Assembly (NCBI GenBank): GCA_031835245.2
Contig: JAVKOQ020000025.1
Coordinates: forward strand, 248,001-312,000
DNA length: 64,000 nt
DNA from: Balamuthia mandrillaris
Taxonomy: Eukaryota
Direction of reading: 5' to 3'
A program made the translations under genes and the position numbers. Each line of letters starts with the position of its first letter. Positions within the stretch are counted from its first letter, which is position 1. Below, one piece after another: positions 1 to 13,900 of the stretch. The notes below the pieces were generated by a model. It ran no database searches, was not told where the DNA came from, and worked only from the letters and a program-made list of their open reading frames with translations.

Positions 1-1536
1 TCCAACAAGAACATCAATCCCTTCAACATCGTACATTCTTCTTCTGTCCTCTTTATTGGCTTATCCTTTGTTATTTCTTTTTGCTTCATTCTTCATTCTT
101 TTTTTCTTATTGAACGCATTGTTATATATTTCTCTTTCTTCATTGTTTAGATACCAATATTGCCGAACGTATTGCCACTTTTACTGATACTCTCGAGTTT
201 CGTGATCGTTTACAAGCGGAACAAAGTAAACTCATCTCAAACTCTCTTCTTTTTCATCTCTTTGCTTTGTCTCCTGTAATGTCTGACTTGACAACAAACT
301 CAAAATATAACAAACATTCCAGATTGTTTAGCGGGTTCCGCGTTAGATGGCACCTATTTAGAGGATTGTTTGCATCAACAAGCGCCTATGCGGAAGGTGT
401 TGCGGCTGCTTTGCCTCTATTCTCTTTGCTCTGGTGGAGTGAAACAAAAAGAGTTTGACAATCTTCGGAAAGAGTTTTTGCAGGTTTCTTCTTCGTAGTT
501 CATTTCTTCTCGTTTTTCTCTTTATGCAGAAACCAAACACTGACAACAACGACAAAAAGACATATGGTTATCATCACATTTGCACTTTGATGCATTTGGA
601 GCGACTCGGGATGTTCAAGAAGAGCGCAACTGGCAAAAACGCGAACGTGATGCCCATCTTGCGGCGAGTATTGAGGCTCAATACTCGATGGCTGATATCA
701 ACGAACGACAACCTCAAGACATTGCTTACGTCTATTCTGGGTTTGTTTTTCTTCTTTCTTCTTTTTGTCTCTATCATTCTTTCGTGATTCTTACTACTGA
801 TTTCATTCTGCATTCTGCATTCTTTGTTCTTTGTTCTTTGTTCTTTGTTGTTGGCCATTCTTTTTTCTATTCTGCTTCCTTCTATTAACAACAAAAAGTT
901 ATGCTCCATTGAGTGTACGCTTGGTGGAAGCAGCGTCGATGAAAGGAGGAGGAGGGTGGTACAACAAAGAGCTCAGAGAGATGGAAGACGTTTTGGGACC
1001 AACATTCGAGATCTCTGTGGATGTTAGAGAAAAGAAGAACATCTCTTCTTCACGATCTCTCCCCTCAAAGTTATCAACACAAGAAAAGAAAGCGGATGCA
1101 GCATCCACAAAGAAGAATAACCTCAAAGCAATAACAACAACGGAAACCGGAGGAAGAAAGACAACAACCTTTTCTTGGAAGATATTGGGCAACAAAAAGA
1201 AGGAAGAAGAAGGAGAGGAGGAAGAAGAAGAGAAGGAGGTTCATCATAGAGTCAACCAAAAGATGAAAGAAGAGAGCGAAGAGCAAACGACAACGATGGT
1301 GTTTTTCATTGGAGGCATTACTTCCACTGAGGTTGCAGCTTTGCGATGGCTCGGCAAACAAGGTTAGTTCTCTCTCTCTCTCTCTCTCTCACTCTCTCTC
1401 TCTCTCTCTCTCTTTACGCTTCCTTCTTTCTTTTAAATAACTGTTACTCTTTGCAGGAAAGCATCGTTACCTCATCGGAACGACAAAGCTTATCAACGGC
1501 GACACTCTTCTCGACAACCTCATTGAACGGATTTAA
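1..1536 (+). CDS. VPS33: Vps33 (Sec1/Munc18 family, HOPS/CORVET subunit), 3' part, multi-exon; apparent 1-nt frameshift near 680-690
   Basis: Exons encode KVLRLLCLYSL, TYGYHHICTLMHLERLG, DIAYVYSG/YAPLSVRLVE, VFFIGGITSTEVAALRWL and IGTTKLINGDTLL, all Vps33 motifs; GT-AG introns; stop TAA ends at 1536. Confidence 0.9.
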
Positions 1537-1565
1537 ACGAGTAAGTTACAAAAAATAGAACTATT

Positions 1566-2024
1566 TTAATTCGTTTTAACTTTAGTTGTCGTTTTACGAA
1601 GTGCAAAGTAAAGAATGATGACCAAGCCGTCAAAGAGAAGAGCGGAGGGAAGTATCCATCCGCTTTGCCAGATGCTCTCCACTCCTTCTGTGGAAGGAGC
1701 GAGGCCTGGCAGCAACGCGTTGCTGCCTTCTTTGCATTGCAAAGCTGCCAATGTCGCCACCGTCTCTTTCGCCAACGACAAATATCTTTATGCAGACAAG
1801 ATAGAGTGTTTTTGTGAGCATGAAGAATAGGAACGAAAGAAAAGACTAGTGAATGAGAATAGAGAATGAAAAGGGAAGAAGAAAAAAGCGCTAGAAAGGA
1901 AGTTACTGTTTGGAACGCCTTTCTAGTTCAGGAAGTAGTTTGATGGCTGGCCCAAACTCCAATTCTTTCACAAATTCGGCGATCTAGTACGGTGGGGTTG
2001 AAAATAACATTAGTGCTTATCAAC

Positions 2025-2059
<35 letters not shown>

Positions 2060-3153
2060 GAGAGAATGAGAAGTATGTAACATACAATTTCCCAATCTCG
2101 TCTGAGGTTGCGGTACGTGACTGTGATGCGAGTCAACGGTAAAGTTGTTCTTTCCTCAAAGTTGTCCCGCGCTGCAAATAGGTTAGTTGAAAGAAGCAAG
2201 AAGAAACATGCAAGAAGCAAGAAGAAGAAACTTACTGGTAGGAACAGCAAGAAGGAGTTCGGTGCCAAGATTGACTTTCTCGATGGAGTCCTCTAAAGCG
2301 TTGATGATGAAGTTGCGATAGAGAATGTCCTTCTGCAGACGTGTAAAGTGGTGGTGATGAGAGGTATGTGCCAACGGGTTGTCTCCAACAGACCAAAGCC
2401 AGTCTTGTGCTGCGCATTTGTTGGCATCATCATAGGTAATGTGCATTGGAATGAGTCCGCCGTAGTGCAGTGCTGTCGCTGCTATAGCGGCTTTCAATGG
2501 TGCTCTGTTTTGTTGCATTACATTACATTAAGAAAAGACTGAAAGAAAGAGAAAAGCTAACAGAAAAGAACAAGGTGATTTTTACAAATAAAGAGTTTTA
2601 GAGAGAGACAGAGACAGAGACAGAGACAGAGACAGAGACAGAGACAGAGACAGAGACAGAGACAGAGACAGTGACAGAGACAGAGACAGAGACAGAGACA
2701 GAGACAGAGACAGAGACAGAGACAGAGACAGAGACAGAGACAGACAGAGACAGAGACAGAGACAGAGACAGAGACAGAGACAGAGACAGAGACAGAGACA
2801 GAGACAGAGACAGAGACAGAGACAGAGACAGAGACAGAGACAGAGACAGAGACAGGGAGACCGAAGAATAGAAGAGCCGAAGAAAGAAGAAGCAGAAGAT
2901 ATGTACTTCAAATCCCAGTAAACAGGTTTTCCATTGCATTGGACCTTGCTTTCATATCTGTGCTGATTGGACTGAACTATAAGGATCATGTCGTCCATGG
3001 CCTTAGCTTGATAGTATCGATCAATGAAGACAGGCAAATCTTCGTTCAAAGAAAAGAGGAAAATGGGAATGTGTCTAGAGAACACTCCTTTTCCAGATCG
3101 TTGGTCCCGTTCTTCCTCTTCTTCCAAAAGATGCTTTCGTTTATCTACCGAAA

Positions 3154-3187
<34 letters not shown>

Positions 3188-6100
3188 AGACGGAGCAAAG
3201 GATTGAAAGGACAAGGAACAGAAGAAGGGCAAGAAGAAGAGACAAACTAGAAAAAGACCAAACCTTCTTCTTCATCCACACCAAGTGCTTTAAGCTGTTG
3301 TTTCAAGGCGCCAGAATCGATGTAACGAATGGAAGATGTATAAAATTTTCCTTGTGGATCCAACAACGGCATCATCATTGTTCGAAGAGAGTCATGTAAT
3401 GCCATTCTCACTTCCTTATCATCGCCTATCTCTATCCTATAAACCCGAAGATATACGAGAATAGAAAAAAGCAGGAAGCAGAAATCACAAGAGTAAGAAA
3501 TGGAAGAAAAGAAAGGGAGCATTGGGGATGGCAACGAACCGTTTTAGCACAAAGCTGAATTCTTGTGTTGGCAGCTTCAGCTTCAACATCTCCCGTTTAT
3601 ACGCCTCATAGTCGAAAAAGTCCATTGGCTTATACTCCTATTGAATAAACGATAAGAAGAAGTAGACTAGAAGGAAAAGCAATAGAAAGCAAACAAACCG
3701 AATGGGTAGAGATGACAAAGAAATGGAAGGTGACTCGCTGCGTGTAATAAGATGGAAAGAGGGGAGCAGGAGGGGTGGCGATGTGATGCAGAGAACGCGA
3801 GATGGTGGCAGCCAAGCTGGATAGAAAGTTATCTAAAAGGACAGAGACATCGCTTCCCTCGTCTTCCCCTCCAGTAAGAAAGCGATCATCATTTCCGCTT
3901 GCTTGCTCGGCCTCTGCCAAAGACTTTTCCAGATCTGTTTTTTTTGTTTGTTTTGTTGTAAGAGAAGAAGCAAGAAGAGAAGGAGAAAGGAAGACAAGGG
4001 AAATGTACATTCGCAGAGTATTTGCTGTTCTCTGGTCAACTGTCTTCCAGAAAGACATGTACTCGAGTAAGAAGCTTTCATGAGCTCCAGGTCATTCGCT
4101 CTCTGATTCTTCCTCAGTGCTCCCAACGTTTCCTCCAACTGTTGCACGCTGTTCTTTTCCTTGTCATCTTTCCCTTGTTCTGCTTCTTCACGCGTGGGAT
4201 CGCTCTCTGGATGAAGGGCATAATATGGAGGAACGGAAGGAAGGGTGGAGAGCGAACGGACACCTTGTCCTGCCACTACCAGTCCCCACCGAAAGGGCCC
4301 TGCTGAGATGTCAATAAAGCCAAAGCGGCTGTGGCCCAGCCATGTGTCCACCAGACAATCCTCTTGAACCAAGCCTTGTCTCACTCGCTCTAAATATTGC
4401 CTCTGAGATGCTGTTCCATTCTCTGCCATCTTTTGTTGGTTGTTTTGTTTTGTTTTGTTTTGTTTTGTTTTGTTTTGTTTTGTTTTGTTTTGTTTTGTTT
4501 TGTTTTGTTTTGTTTTGTTTTGTTTTGTTTTGTTTTGTTTTCAACGTATTTCGTATTGGCAGGCAGAATACAGAAAGAAGGCAAAGTAAGAAGTAAAAAA
4601 AAAGAAGAAAGAAGAAAGAAGAAAGAAGAAAATGGTACGTCTTTAGCCAAAGCAACGATGTCCATAATCTCAGCACGTTGGGAACGCCAAATGCAGGCGG
4701 CATCCTCAGCGGCGTCCTCTCCGCTGTTGCTACATGCACGAGGAGCCTGCTCACCACCACCGGCTACTCTACTCTGAATGTACCATTTGGCCCATATCTG
4801 CAAAAAAAAATAACAAATCAAACAGATTGATTTTTTTTAGAAAGACAAGAACAAGAGGAACAAGCACAAGAAGAAAAGACGAACCTCGGACTTGTGCATG
4901 AGGTTGGTCCAACGTAACCTTTTTTCGTCTTCTTGGTCAGTCACATGCTGAGCCTCTATTTCCTTCTCCACTTCGCTCATGTCTGGTCCTATTTCGTGAG
5001 AGAGAAGTACAAAAATGCTATCAGCATAATTAAAATGAAATGTCGCGTGTTTGAAAGCATTACTACCATTGCGCAACAGAGCAGAAAGACCTTCAGTGGA
5101 TTGTCCTTGTCCCTTGGAGGAAGCCAAGTACATGGCCCATTCGCTTTCCTTTTCTCTCAATACCGCCAACTCTTGCTCTGAGAAGCCAACGCTTTTATGT
5201 TTCTTGTTTTAGTGACAACAAACATATAGAGAGAGAGAGAGAGAGAGAGAGAGCAGAGAGAGCAGAGAGGCAGAAGTTTAATACCGATAACCATAAACCC
5301 CGTTGTCATCAACAGCCTTTTTAGGATTCATGATGAAGAGAGAGTAGCCGTCTGTAAGCTCCAGGGTTTCGAGGAGATGCTGCAACACTCTGCTCATCTT
5401 AAATGCATCCACGTAGAAGGATTCTTTTTCACCATCCAGCAACCTTGGTTTCTCCTTACTATTGTAATTCATTATTTTTTTTGGGTTAAATGTTAGCTTC
5501 TTTGTATTTGAGAATACAAAGGAAGCAAAACAAGACACTTACTTTGGGTTCTCGGGTCGAAGATGCCACATGATAACATCTTCAAGGACCGTGTTAACTA
5601 ATGGATCCAACTTCACCAGGTTGAAATGATATCTGTTGCATGCAATTGTTGATATGATATGTAAACGACAGTACAAAGAAGACAAGAAAAGGGATACCTG
5701 AATTTAATATGAGTAGGAGCTGTCTCATTTCGCTCGGTGGTGGTTTGTTCCTCTCCAACGGGCACTATCGTATGCCGAATGCTGTGATCCAAATGCTCAA
5801 ACCATTCCTCCAAGTTCTCGTTGTCCAACTGAAATGCTTTTTTTTTTAAAAAAAAAAAAGTAAGAATAAGAATGGGAAAGAAGAAGAGAGAAAAAGAGAA
5901 AAGGAAGAAAGAAGACAAAGCAAGAACAAAAACAAGAAATGAAAAAATGAGAAAGAAACAGAAGAAAGCAAAGGAGAAAGAGAAGAATGAAACAAAGATA
6001 GCAAGTCAAAAAGAATAAAAAAGAATGAACCATTTTGCCCATCCCCATCAAAGCCAATAAAGATGAGGTTCACCGGAACGGGCAGAGAGACGGAGAAGAT

Positions 6101-6489
6101 GGGTTGCAGGGTTTGATGCACAGCTACGTTGCCAGAGAGCAGCCACCGCTCCAGGTGAGTGGGTTCGTTTGAGAAGAAGATCTCTGTTTTGATAGGAGGA
6201 GAAATGCATCAGGGACCTCACTAAAGCTTGAGAGAAAAGATAGAAAAGACAAGAAAGAAAGAAAGAAGATAACAACACAGAAAGAACGAAAGAGAAATGA
6301 CGATGAGAAGAGAAAAGAGAGTCTCAGAGAGAGGGCAAGACGAGAGATAAGAGAAGAGAGACGAGAGATGAGAGATACAAGAGAAGAGAACGACGAAGAG
6401 AAGAGAAGAGAGAAGAGAAGAGAACGATGAAGAGAACGATGAAGAGTGTACTGAACTTGGAGGAGGAAGATCTTCAATGACGGAACCAT
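1566..6489 (-). CDS. Uncharacterised single-pass membrane protein similar to plant At5g58100-type proteins, multi-exon
   Basis: Exons encode VPVNLIFIGFDGDG, RFGFIDISAGPFRWG..V.G.GVR, IPIFLFSL..PVFID and DWLWSVG.NP; C-terminal TM helix followed by KVKTN*; start codon approximate. Confidence 0.7.
2601..2856. repeat. (GAGACA)n hexanucleotide microsatellite in an intron
   Basis: About 40 near-perfect units read directly. Confidence 0.97.
4442..4541. repeat. (TTTTG)n pentanucleotide microsatellite in an intron
   Basis: Read directly. Confidence 0.97.
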
Positions 6490-7100
6490 AGAGAAGGGAT
6501 TGTTCGTTGAGGGCCTCCCACGCCCCTGCCCGATGAACCTTCTTCGAATGAGCCTCACTCTAAAACAACAACAAGAGCAGATTAGTAGTCCTCAGAGGAA
6601 AAATATTGTTTGGGAAGAAGCGATAGACAGTGAGAAAAAAGAACAACGAGGGAGACAGGTTTTCTCACCAACTGAACAGACCACAAGCAGAGCAACAGAA
6701 ACACTGTCACCACACAGCCAAACTTTCTCATCTTTCTTGCTTTCTTTTTTCTATTTTTCACTGACTGACCACCATTGCTGCTCGAATGCTGCTCACAAAT
6801 CGTTGGAATTCTTAAGAATGCGCCGTGTCGTCACGGAAATATAAATATTTGAAGTACAAATGTTTTTCTGTTTTCGTGTCGTCACGAACTAACACACACA
6901 AAAAAGATGAGAGAAAGCAAAGAAGAAAGAGTTTCTTCCTCTTCATTGTTGCTCGACACTTTATCAGGTATTCTTCTTCTTCTTCTTCTTCTCCCCTTCC
7001 TTTACGCCCGTTAGGTTAACTCAAGTTACAACAACAAATAGCATGTTGCAAAGCATTTGAGGAAAGCCTCATTGTCGACATTAATCATCCACAAGATGAG

Positions 7101-9791
7101 ATGAAGCCTTCTTCTTCTGCTGTGGTGTCGGCAGCAAATGAAGGTGATGCCGCTCGCCTGCCGTTGAGGGCATACGAGCAACAGGCCAAACGAGTGGAGT
7201 ACCTCCAGAGAGCCCTGAACGTGCACCAACGAATGAAGAGCTGCCAGCAGGAACTGGAGGCCTGTCTCAGCGATGAGCCAGCCGCCTTTCAACCCATCAT
7301 TGGCCACATGCTTTCTCTCCTGTCTTCTTGTTCTTGTTCTGATGCTTCTTCTGCTTCTTCAGAAGAAATTGATGCTACTGGTTTGTTTTTTGAGCTTTTT
7401 TTGTTACTCTCTCCTCTGCTTCTGCTTTTCTCTGTGCTTCTTCTCATTTTTTTAAAATTGGTTTATTGCTCTTCTTCTACTTCTTGTTCTTCTTCTTCTC
7501 CTTCTCCTTTTTCTCCTTGTTCTTCGTCCTTGTCTTCTTCTCCTCCTCCTTCTCCTCCTCGAAAACAAAAACAGATTTACCGAAGTCACTGCAACAAATG
7601 CTTATCACAATGTTGCTCGATGTGACGGAACGTCTTTCTGCTGCTTGGAACCGTTGGTGCGATCCTAGAGCTGGTTCTCTGTTTGCTCCCTCTGTCATTC
7701 TTTCTTCCTCTTCTTCTTGCGTTTTTGATTCTACATTCTTCTGCTTCTTCTTCTTCTTCTTCTTCTTCTTTTTCTTTTTCTTCTCCTTCTCATTCTTCTT
7801 CTTCTTTTCCATTCCATTTGAATTAGATAAGTTATCACCATTATATAAGGACGCTATGCAAACGTGGCGGCGTGTAACCATGACTGGTGATGAGGCTGGA
7901 AGCGTGTTGCTTGCCAATTCAGAGGCAGCACAACAGGATATTTCACAACTTCGTTATCCCCATTTTATTCTTCAACTTCTGCATTCTGTCGTTTTCTCTC
8001 TTACCCGTCTTTCAATTAACGTATCGTCTTCTTATTCTCTTTCTCCCCCTTTGGATCTCTTCTGTCACTTTTTAACAACCTCCACCCATAAACAAAATAG
8101 GATGGATGGAAGGCAGCAAGAAACGTGTTTGGAAGCTATGCCAAGCATCTGGGAGCACTCATAGGAGAGGGCATAGCGGCCATCTCCTCGCAAGCCAAAA
8201 ACGACTTGGCTCCACTCTCCTCACAAGTGGCAGCCCTTTCCACATTCGAAGACAACCTAAACGCCATTTCATCGTTGTATCAGAATGCCTGGATTGTGAC
8301 GAGCCTCTTATATCCTACCGGAAACAAAGACTCTCAGCAGGTAATTTTATTTCTCGATATTTAGCTTCCATCAGAGTATTAATACTAAAAATTCCTTTGG
8401 TCTTTCTTCCCTGTTCTCCTTGCGTTTCTCTCGTCTCTCGTCTCTCGTCTCTCGTCTCTCCCTCTCAAAAATACAGTTAATACCACATGTTGTGTCATCC
8501 ACCTTTTATGTCTGTCATTGGCACGAGATGGAAGTGAAAGAAATCGCTTCCTTTCGAGTGATGGATCAAGAAAGCGGAAAAGGTGCTGGAGAGGAACTGA
8601 AGCAGGTTGCTGTTGACAGTTGCAACAAACATCTGCTCCCTCTCTTGCGTCTGTTTCTGAAGAAGAGAGCCCCACACTCTCCTTCTGAATCATTTTCTCA
8701 TGCTTGTACGCTCTCCTCTTCTCTTTTTTTTATCTCCTTTTTTCCTTCTTTCTCCTTTCTTTATTTATGTAGTTGTGGCTTCACTCTTCCTATAGTTCGT
8801 CTGTTGGGACTTGTGTATAACTTTTACGGAAGCACGCTTGGCGTTTACCATGTGCATTATGTTTCTACGTTTCCTTCATTAACTCCATCTTTCACGGATG
8901 CCTGTTCTGGTTTCTCTCCCTTAATCCTCTTATTCCTTCTTCTTTCTTCTCTTCCGAACACTGGCCTTACCGTTTGACATTACAGAGTTGGTAGAGCGAG
9001 TGACTCCGCTTCTTCGGCAACAAGAGATCCTAAATAATATTGCTCAACACGTTCTCTCCACCATTAAAGAGTATGCTCTTCACTCTCCGTCATCTCTCTT
9101 TGCTCTCTCTTTCCTCACTCGCTTTCCTCTCCCCTATTTCAAATATAGTGCTCCTGAGAATGTAAGAAAAGAAGGAATCGCCAAACTGATAAGTCAAGGT
9201 AACTATTGTCTTCTTCCTTCTTCTTTCTTCCAAGGTTTTTTCTGTTTTGGATTATTGATGTGAATGCTTCATCCCATCTGGATGAAAAAGGCCAAGGACA
9301 AGTTTCAGAGCAGCTCCTGTTGCAGCTCTTCCGGTGGTGCAGCTTATTGCTCTGTCTTTCCCCTTCGGATCGCACAGCTTCTGATCTCATGGTTCTAGCA
9401 ATGAGCATTGCTTCTGGTTTATCTCCTTGTTCTCATCCTTCCACCTCCCTCTGCTTCTCTTCCCTCTTCTCTCTCCTCTATTTTCTGTTCTCTGCTCTCT
9501 CCTCTCTTTGTTCTCGTTTGTTCATCCTAACCAACGCACAAAAAACACTTAGAGGGTGGCCAACAAGGAAAGCGTGCGAGCGGAAGGTTCCTGCAAGAAT
9601 GGAACTCAACCAGCGAGACATCCCGCTCTTCCGCCGTTCCCCCAAACATGTTGGACGTGTTGGCAAAGGGCCTCGTGGAACGGTATCAACACAAAGACGT
9701 GTTGACAGCCCTGCTGCAGCGGGGCGACAGCAGAGCATCCCCCAAAGTCGTCCAGAAGAAAAAGAACAGCCAGGCAAATATGCTTGTCTAA
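7101..9791 (+). CDS. Hypothetical multi-exon, probably alpha-helical protein
   Basis: ATG 7101; chain of coding-like segments separated by pyrimidine-rich GT-AG introns (phase checked at 8021/8100); last exon ends ...SQANMLV* at 9791; no family recognised. Confidence 0.6.
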
Positions 9792-10951
9792 AGCGCTTCG
9801 AAGCGGAAGGAGGGAGAGGAGGGCTGCGAGTGAACTCCTATGTTTTTCATTTGTTGACATCCATAATGCGCAAAAGACAAAACAACAACCAAGGGCATCT
9901 CGTTAGAAAAAGAGAGCAATTAGCAGAGTCTGTGAGAGAGGAGAAGAGAGAAAGGGTCCCAAGTGCCTCGCACAAATCTTGTTATATAATAAGATAGAAG
10001 CAAGAGAACAAAAAGGCCGAAAGAGAGGAAGAAAGAAGAAGGCGAAAGTAGAGGGAAGGGATCGTGTGGTAGTGTTGTTAGGAAGAGGGGGGAGGTCTGC
10101 AACAACTGGGTTCGGTTTTCAAACAAAAAAATGGGTCGGTCCACATCAGCTTCAAAAAAAACAAATAAAATAACAAGGGTGGCTGCCTCCTCCGATCCCA
10201 TTTTTTGTTGCTCCAGTTTTGTTATCGTCGTCTTCGTTGTCGTTCTTATGGGTTCGTTATCGTTGTTGTTGTTATTGCCGTTATTGTCGTTATTGCTATT
10301 AGTGCTTGTTGTTGAGGATGTTATTGTGTGTGCAGTACTTGTAGAAGGTAAGTTTTAAGGGGCATTTTCGAATCGCTCTCTCGCATTTTCTGGTTTGTAC
10401 AGCCGTAGCTACAAAGTGTACAAAAAAAAGGGATATACAGTAGGACTTGTTTACATGTTCGGGCGGGGTCAACGTACACGAGCGCTGCAATAATGTCCCC
10501 AGGGCTTTTTTACGGTTCGGTTATCCGTTCCCGTTGTCAAAAAAGTTGTGGTCACTTGCAGTAAAGAAGTGAAGAAGGAAGGAAAGGGAAAAAAAAAAAG
10601 AGGCGGGCAAAGAAGATGAAGAGGAAGAAGTGTCGCCGCACAACTTCACAATCTCTGCTTGGTAGAAGGAGGAGACAAGGGACCTTTCACGTCATCTCCT
10701 CCGCTCGGTTTCGTTGTTTTGTTGTTCGTTGGTTAGGTTATAGGCTGACGAGGAGAGATGTATCAAGCAGCGTTGTAGAAGGGTTGTTGGCGAAGAAGAC
10801 GAGGGAAGAGATAATAGAAATAAAATAAAAATAAAAATAAAGAAAAAACAAAATCAAAGTGGAAGGTTCGCCGCTGCCGCCACTATAATGATTTACGGTG
10901 TTGATGGTGAAGAAGAATGAACGCGGCGAAAAAAGAAATGAAAAAATCAAC

Positions 10952-13900
10952 TCAGAGGGGACGACTGCCAACCCCTCCAGCCGCCGCCGATAAGGCCATA
11001 AGCTTCTCCAACCTTGCGATGATGTGCTTGCCGTAGGTATATTTTTTCAGAGCGGGCACATGGGGCCGAATGCGCTGGATCAAGAGTTCGCGCTGATTTT
11101 CGTTGACGACATCAAGTATCTTTTGGATCACGTAGTTGGCGTATTGGTCCTTCATCATCACTTGGAGTGCAGTAGTGCTTTTGGAGAGAAAGTTTAGACA
11201 AAGCGAAACAACATAAGTGGAAAAGAGAGTACGAGTGAGAGAACAAGCGAACAGAGCGGCAGAAAAGAAGCGGGGAGATAAGGGAATGAAATACATACCC
11301 ATCAGGGCGCGGTTGCAAGATTTCATCAATAAGAACAGCGCGCTCGGAGTCGTCTCCATGCTGGACGCATTTCTCCACGACATTGCTAGCAAACTTGTGC
11401 TGACTGAGTTGCAAGATCTGGCCGCGAAGCTTCACGAAAATGGGTGCCTTGTCTTGAGGCCTTCCGTGCTCCAGCACATGCTGTATGACGTAATTGCCGT
11501 ATTGGTCTTGCACCAGGCTTATGGTGCAGCGCAGCAGCTCATCCAGAATAGGAGTCTGAGGAAGACAAGAAAGTCAGAGAGAAAAGAGTTAATTTTGCAA
11601 TAAAAGATGGATGGAGAAAAAGCACAAGGAAACAAAGATACCGTTTGTTGGTCGCCGCAGTACTCAAGGATACGTTGGATGACACGACAGCCGTAGGGAT
11701 GAGTGGCCAGGTGATACACTTGGCCGTAGAAGGTATCGACAATGAACTGAATGAGTTGGGAGGGCACCTTCTCGATGCACTTTTGAATGACGTGGTTTCC
11801 ATTCTGATCCTTGACGCACTTCATGACGTTGCCCTCCAGTTCTTTCACCAGTTGAGCTTGTTGCTCGATGCTGATGACCTCGAGCGCCTTCTGGATAACT
11901 CGGCATCCGTACATTTGCATGGAGAGAGGCAACACGTTGCCGACGAGCGTATCTCCTAGCACTTTGATCTGCTCAGGGGTGCCGTGCTCAAAGAACTTTT
12001 GGATGACATAGTTGCCAAAGACGTCGGTCATGAGTCGCAGGGCACTGGGCAGGATCTCGTTGAAGACCAATTGCTTGTCGGCCGGTCCCACCTCTTCCAG
12101 TTTTTGCTGGATGAACCTGGAACCATGTTGATCCCCGCTAAACTCCACGATGTGGCCGATGATGTCCTGCAAGGCGAACTTCCTGTTCTTGTTGTTGCGA
12201 AACTCTTCAAGAAGAGAGCTTCTCTGTAGCACCAGTCCACCAGCATCCTCGTGGGCGTGCATCACCATCTTGGGATGACCAGGGGCAGCAGCGATGGGTC
12301 CTACAGGAGAGACGCCTTTGTGGGGGTGTCCATGTCCAACAGCCACGCCGACACTGGGCGGCCACAATCCTTGCTGTTGATGCATGAGCGGTGAGCCAGC
12401 AGCTCCGCTAGCGCTGCCTCCTGGCGTCAATCCAGCAATAGCAACAGCATTATTCATGGGAGCCGCACCCACTGCTGGCCCGGCCATCATTCGCCTGTCG
12501 TCGAGTACCCGCCTGCCCTGATTGGAGGCTGGTAGGTAGGGAGGGGAGGTCGGTTGGTGATAATTGAGGTGGTTGCCCTTGTGACGATCGCCGCCCATGA
12601 GCTGCCTGGGGTCTCCAGGCTGTTGCTCCCAGGTAGAGGCGGAAGAGGAATAGTAGTCTGGCATCATGTTGATACCAGAGCTATGGCGGCGTTGTTGAGG
12701 CAAACTAGCGGACCCCATTCCCATTCCTTGCACCGAGTTCATGTTGGAGTACATGGGGGACATGGTTGGGCTGGTGGACGAAATGTCGGGAGGAGCTGCT
12801 CGCATTACGCCGCGCATTTGGCCTTGCGAGTGGCGAGCCCCCATACCGTTTGTCTCTGGATATCCCATCATGTAGCTCGTGCTAACAGGAGGTGATGTAA
12901 GAGGGGACATAGCTTCTACATAGCACAAATCGTGGAAAAATGTTAGCAAAGCGTACAAACAAGCGAATTTCATATTCAAAAACCGAGCATACCAAAACCT
13001 GGGTATTGACTGGGATAAAGCTGGTGACCGCCGATACCTTGTTGCATTGGAATGCGGCCTTGACTAGGGATAGGATAGTCTCCATAGTCCGAATAGTCAT
13101 CTTGGAACGCTCTTTTGGCCTCCACTTCAGATCTACTCATGCGAGTTGGAGTCTGGTTGTTTAACAAAGAATGGAAATTGAGTGGATTTGCTGTTTGGTT
13201 TGCTTTGTGATTGTGTGCTGGTTAACGGTACCTGGCCATCAGAGATGGAAAGACCATGCATCTGCGCTTGAAGATCAACAGTTGGATCACGATACTGAAG
13301 TTCAGGATAATACATTAGGTTTGGACGGCCACCGGTGGGGGACGTGTGGGCGTCTCCATGGCCTTGTTTCGAGCGGGCGTTTTCAGGAATATATTGAGCA
13401 ACGTCAGGGCTAGACTCAGGACTCTGTTGCTGTTGCTGCTGTTGTTGTTGAAGTTGCTGCTGTTGTTGTAACAGTTGCTGTTGCTGCTGTCTGGCCTTTT
13501 GGTAAACGGGAGACGGCGTACGAGGAAAATCTTGCTGGATCATGTCCACTGAAAAAGCAAAGGATTAGAAACGCGACTAAAGGGGGGAGAGAGAGAGAGG
13601 GAGTACCTAAAGAAATAGGCTTAACAGGAGATCTGGACCTTTGTGGAGCACCACTGCCTGGAGCTCGAGAGGAGGGCTCAACGTGCTGTGGTTGTTGTTG
13701 ATGCGACTGAGCGCTGTGAGGCCACCTTTCTTCGGAACCGGCATTCCATTCATTGTTAGAGCTTCTGGGTTGCGGAGCCACAATGTTTGAGGAGGAGGAA
13801 GATCCATTATAGTCAGAGTGTTCCGACAGGTGATTCAATTCCTAAAAAATAAATAAGAGAGTTGAAAATAAGTTTTGGTGGTGAGAGAGGGGGGAGGGAG

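Noticed and set aside
2582..2939. ORFs of poly-SL/CL/TE/DR dipeptides
   Set aside because: Translations of the intronic (GAGACA)n microsatellite
5633..5697. GTATCCCTT donor as a second U12 intron
   Set aside because: No TCCTTAAC-like branch point near the acceptor
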